The notes under the pieces: generated by a model
Seen by the model: only the letters and a program-made list of their open reading frames with translations
What the model was told of the DNA's origin: nothing
Databases searched by the model: none
Origin: Nannocystales bacterium
Lineage (GTDB): Bacteria; Myxococcota_A; Polyangia; Nannocystales; Nannocystaceae
Reading direction: 5' to 3'
Length of the DNA: 64,000 bases
NCBI GenBank assembly: GCA_050633305.1
Contig: JBOEGF010000036.1
Location: 87,254 to 151,253 of the forward strand
Program-made: the position numbers and the translations under genes
Shown: positions 60,374 through 64,000 of the stretch, piece by piece
Numbering within the stretch: the first letter of the stretch is position 1
Layout: every line of letters begins with the position of its first letter

Positions 60374-61102
60374 ATGGCGGACATGGCCCCAGTCGTGAGA
60401 CCTGCGATCTACCTGCTTCTTTCCTTGCCAATCTGCGCATCGTGTAGCGACAGCCCCTCCGACGCCACATCCTTGGCCACGTCGGGTCCAACTTCGGAGA
60501 CGACCGGAGCAGCTGACACGGCGGGCACGAGCGCTGGCTCGACAAGTCGAACGGCCGGCGAGACTACAAGCGTGGCCGGCACGACCGTTGGTGGCACGAC
60601 CTTCGGCGACACGGCGTCAGCCACCTCTGCCGGAGCATCTAGCACCACGGGTGCGGGCAGCTCTTGCGTCGACCATGACCTTGGCTCGGATGTCGGGTCT
60701 GACGTCTTGCAGGCTGTAACCTCAGGTGACGACTTTACGCTGATGGAGTGTGTTCTCGCCGATGACGGGGGGGGCTTCGTCGTCGACCCGCCTATGGACG
60801 CAGACGATTTTGTCATCGTCTGGACCTTCCCGGCGACCGGCAGCTTTGCGATCTCGACGGTGGGGTCCGACGCCGCGATCGGGCTTGCTCCGCCGTCGTG
60901 TGACGCGAGGATCCTCGAATGTGAGGACCAGTGTGCGGGGCCTGCCGCATCCCTGGTGATCACTGGAGAGGCTGGTGACTCTGTGTTCCTCGTGATTGAG
61001 ACCTACGAGGCTCCCGGGCAGTTCAGCCTCAGTATCACTGCGGGCGCCGAGGATGTCTGCATCGAAGATCGCGTTGGGGCGAGCTCGACTGGCGGCACGT
61101 GA
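60374..61102 (+). CDS. Hypothetical lipoprotein with Thr/Ser linker
   Basis: ICASC lipobox, low-complexity linker, beta-sandwich-like C-terminus. Confidence 0.6.
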   Translation: MADMAPVVRPAIYLLLSLPICASCSDSPSDATSLATSGPTSETTGAADTAGTSAGSTSRTAGETTSVAGTTVGGTTFGDTASATSAGASSTTGAGSSCVDHDLGSDVGSDVLQAVTSGDDFTLMECVLADDGGGFVVDPPMDADDFVIVWTFPATGSFAISTVGSDAAIGLAPPSCDARILECEDQCAGPAASLVITGEAGDSVFLVIETYEAPGQFSLSITAGAEDVCIEDRVGASSTGGT

Positions 61103-61339
61103 TGGCAAACAGGTCGCGCACGGGCGGCGTCCCATCACTTGTCACCTGTCCTCCTTGGCTGATCTCCCCCCGTGTTCTCGGTGGCGACCGGCGTACAAGT
61201 GAAGACGGCGCACCGGGAGCAAGCCGGCCAACGAGGTCGAGCGTGATGCGCCACCGAGAGCGATCGCATCGGTGCTCGACGATCGCGAATTGGCGCTCTA
61301 GCCCCAGCCGAGGTGGGCAAGCTCGACGAGTTCGGGGAG

Positions 61340-62560
61340 TTAACCACCGTCAACAGCGATCTCGCGCCGGGTCAGGTGGATCACACGGTGGTTGAGCACG
61401 TCACCGAGGTAGATGTGCGTACCGTCTGCGGTGATGACGATGTCCTCGGGCTCGGACGCAGAACCCACAATGCGCGGCAGCTCCCACGTCTCTAGCAGCA
61501 CTCCTGTCACGTCGAAGATCACGACGGCGTCAGCCAGAGAATCACAAACGTAGATCCTGTTCTGCGCATCAACGAATACGCCGGTTGGCTTGGCGAAGCC
61601 GGGCCACTCGCCGACAATGACGCCTCCGCTCGAGAAGACTTGCACCCGGCCGTTTCCGCTGTCGGCGACGTAGACGTGCCCGGCCGAGTCGGTCGACATC
61701 CCCCAAACCCCCGAAAATTGTCCTGCTTCGCTGCCGGGACCGCCGAACTCGAGGATGAACTCCCCTGTGTCGCTAAACTTCTGAACAACGTTGCTCTCCA
61801 GGTCGCCGACATAGATGTTCCCGGAGAGGAGATCGATGCCGACGTCGTGGATGTGCTGGAACTGCGGGCTGGTCCAAAGCCGGACGAACTCGCCTTGGGT
61901 CGTGAGCACCTGAACCCGGTTGTTTTCTTGGTCGCCGGCGTAGAGGAGTCCTTGAGCGCGGTCCATTGCGAGACCGTGCGGATGATTGAACTGGCCCTCG
62001 CCGGGGCCAGCCTCGCCGAAGATCTCCAGAAGCGCGCCATCGGCTGTGAACTTCTGAAGCCGATCCTCGTGACTCGCAACGTAGACATTGCCATCCGCAT
62101 CCAGTTCGACGCTGCTCGGCTCGACAAACTGGCCGGGTTCGGTTCCGAGTTCGCCCCAGACTCCAACCAACAGCGGCACGCGCCGGAGCGGCGGGCCACC
62201 GGTCTCCTCAGTGCTCTCAGCATCTCCCTCGTCGGGACCGGTCGAGGTGGTCCCGGTCAGGGTCGATCCATGTATCGTATCGATCGTGGAAGCGCCGGCG
62301 GTACCCTCGTCGCCTGCCTCGGTTGACACCGCTTGAGCGGTTCCGGAGGACGTCGCTGTCGCCCCTGTTCCGCCCTGGCCACCGTCGGTGGTGGTGCCTG
62401 GTGTACATCCGCCGCTCGACAGCAGCAGCCCGAGCAGCAAGCGACACGAGGCAAACCTCCAACCAGCAGGCGCTTCATCGATATCCACTGTGACAGCGTA
62501 GGCGTTGCGATCGACTCGGACAAGGCGTCCGCTCGACTCGCTCGTGGCACCAGGATGCAT
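61340..62560 (-). CDS. NHL-repeat (beta-propeller) lipoprotein
   Basis: Repeated G..GQF..P....D..G..YV.D..N.RVQ.F; start uncertain (frame open to 62722). Confidence 0.82.
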   Translation of the reverse strand: MHPGATSESSGRLVRVDRNAYAVTVDIDEAPAGWRFASCRLLLGLLLSSGGCTPGTTTDGGQGGTGATATSSGTAQAVSTEAGDEGTAGASTIDTIHGSTLTGTTSTGPDEGDAESTEETGGPPLRRVPLLVGVWGELGTEPGQFVEPSSVELDADGNVYVASHEDRLQKFTADGALLEIFGEAGPGEGQFNHPHGLAMDRAQGLLYAGDQENNRVQVLTTQGEFVRLWTSPQFQHIHDVGIDLLSGNIYVGDLESNVVQKFSDTGEFILEFGGPGSEAGQFSGVWGMSTDSAGHVYVADSGNGRVQVFSSGGVIVGEWPGFAKPTGVFVDAQNRIYVCDSLADAVVIFDVTGVLLETWELPRIVGSASEPEDIVITADGTHIYLGDVLNHRVIHLTRREIAVDGG

Positions 62561-62714
62561 CGCGCCGGCTTCATCGGTCACGCCTTGGAGGGAGTGTGAG
62601 TGACCCGTACGGTTACACTTCGATTCGAGGTGGGCCCCGTTCCTCAGCGACGCACGCTGGCCGTTGGGAGGAGAGCTCGCCGTGGACGGGTCGGTTCGCT
62701 GCTGGCGTCTCGGC

Positions 62715-62804
62715 TCACTCATCGGTGCTTCGGGCAGTGGCAGCGCCGAAGAACACGAGCACGAGCACGATACCGCTGAGGATCGCCATCTCGGTCGGAC
62801 TCAC
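62715..62804 (-). CDS. Possible 29-aa single-TM peptide
   Basis: GTGA overlap with the upstream stop; MAILSGIVLVLVFFGAA hydrophobic stretch. Confidence 0.3.
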   Translation of the reverse strand: MSPTEMAILSGIVLVLVFFGAATARSTDE

Positions 62805-63424
62805 GGTTGCCTCGTTCGGGAACGACGCCAGCGCCGTGGAATGAACATCGGGACGCGGTTGCGGTACTGGTCGTAGAGTTCGCCGAACTGCGCCTGCATC
62901 TGGCGCTCCTCTCGTCGCGCAAGAAGCGTATAGGCCCCGACCAACACGGGGAACGCAGCGACCGAGACGACGGTCGGCCAGTGCACGATCCCTTCTCCGA
63001 GCAGGATCATGAACAGGCCGGTGTACTGCGGGTGGCGGACGTGGGCGTAGACGCCGGTCGTCAGCAGCCTGCCATCGCGCCGCGCGCGGTGCACGGCGCG
63101 CCACCCGTCTACGACCAGCGCCGCGCCGGAGAAGACGAGCGTGTAACCCAGGACCATCGCGACGACATGGGCCATTTGTGTGCCGAACAACTGGGCCCAA
63201 AGGTTGCCGCCGTCGGTCCACTGCAGGTCGATCCCGAGGTACCTCGCGAGGAAGTAGATCGTCAGTGGAAACCCGTACATCTCCGCGTAGAACGCGATGA
63301 TGAACGCCTGTAGGGCTCCGACTCGCGACCACTCCTTCCATGTCTCCGGCGCCAGGTAGCGATACGCAGCCCACGACGTGAAGACGATGACGACGGCCGC
63401 CAGCCCCCATGCTCCAACGTTCAC
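62801..63424 (-). CDS. Isoprenylcysteine carboxylmethyltransferase (ICMT/PEMT) family membrane protein
   Basis: AEMYGFPLTIY, L.TTG.YA.VRHPQY.G, EE..M...FG..Y..Y...VP.F. Confidence 0.88.
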   Translation of the reverse strand: MNVGAWGLAAVVIVFTSWAAYRYLAPETWKEWSRVGALQAFIIAFYAEMYGFPLTIYFLARYLGIDLQWTDGGNLWAQLFGTQMAHVVAMVLGYTLVFSGAALVVDGWRAVHRARRDGRLLTTGVYAHVRHPQYTGLFMILLGEGIVHWPTVVSVAAFPVLVGAYTLLARREERQMQAQFGELYDQYRNRVPMFIPRRWRRSRTRQP

Positions 63425-63434
63425 ATCAGATTCT

Positions 63435-64000
63435 TTACGACGCCCAGCGTCGCGGCGGACGGCAACCCCTGCGATGGAACGACAGCTCCTTGTGACGTGG
63501 GGGGTCACTCTCCCGAGGGGCGCACGCAGGTCGGTCCAAACCCGGCGGCCCCCCCTCAGCGCCGGGGCCCATTGAATCTGGAGCACCACATCCACCGTCG
63601 ACGGATGGTCGAACACGGCCTCCGCGCTCCCCGGTGGCCGCGTCATCGTTCACCGACGTATACGTCGCAAAGCGCAATTGGTACGGGCCAGACGGGGCCA
63701 CGAGTTCCGAGGCGCACGTCGTGTCGGCGTCGCAGCCGAAGCAGGCCGGCACCTCGACTTCGAGGAAGATCCGCCCGTTCCAGGTCGTTTCGTAGGATTG
63801 GCCGGGCTCGATGGGGTTCAAGTTGAGCCCGGGGCACCAGCCGTGCCCGGGACTAGGGCACCAGCTCGCATCGGCGCACGTGCTTCGGCCGGTGCCGGGC
63901 ACCGCGCCAACATCGGCGCCGACGGCCTCGAGCGAGAAGCCGGGGCAGCCGAACCCGAGCGAGCCCCCGATAAAGACCGTCTGTTCTGTTCTGTTCTGTT
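63435..64000 (-). pseudogene. Cys-rich lipoprotein-family gene, 5' part outside the window, probably frameshifted near 63645
   Basis: NRTEQTVFI...IEPG..WNGRI...VAPSGPY aligns with 27255-28040; the matching tail AVFDHPSTVDVVLQI lies in another frame. Confidence 0.5.

Noticed and set aside
63981..64000. (CTGTT)x4 at the window edge as a regulatory microsatellite
   Set aside because: Cut by the window edge, and three units read in frame as NRTEQ, matching the paralog's NRT

Overview
GC-rich bacterial DNA. The many Ser/Thr/Gly-linker and Cys-rich lipoproteins and a CFI-box-CTERM protein suggest a myxobacterium, possibly a marine Nannocystaceae-like one (inference). The window looks like a decaying accessory island centred on copper/heavy-metal handling. 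(1) 0-17.6 kb: cytochrome c lipoproteins, a His-rich sensor kinase with a GAFTGA-less NtrC-like regulator, and a Cys-rich RAPP-motif leader ORF in front of a TolC-CusB-CusA-CopA operon. (2) 18-29 kb: mobile-element debris (Tn3 tail, group II intron RT fragment, IS91, ISNCY, IS3 interrupted by IS30, a second IS30). (3) 30-40 kb: a CBM48 protein, glgX and a complete Na+-type N-ATPase operon (atpDCQRBEFAG). (4) 40.6-49.7 kb: cysteine synthase, ZIP transporter, DUF3347 protein and a methyltransferase/ArsR-rhodanese/MFS unit, bracketed by IS3-like ends. (5) 49.7-58.4 kb: a candidate trans-membrane electron-transfer module (Met-rich lipoprotein, membrane-anchored FAD/NAD(P)H/2Fe-2S reductase, His-bearing membrane protein, 7-heme cytochrome c), a glutamate dehydrogenase with a Cys-rich insert and an orphan ATP-grasp-like ligase. 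(6) 58-64 kb: lipoproteins, LysR, an NHL-repeat protein and an ICMT-family protein. No rRNA, tRNA or CRISPR array was seen. All family calls come from motif recognition by eye; no database search was run.
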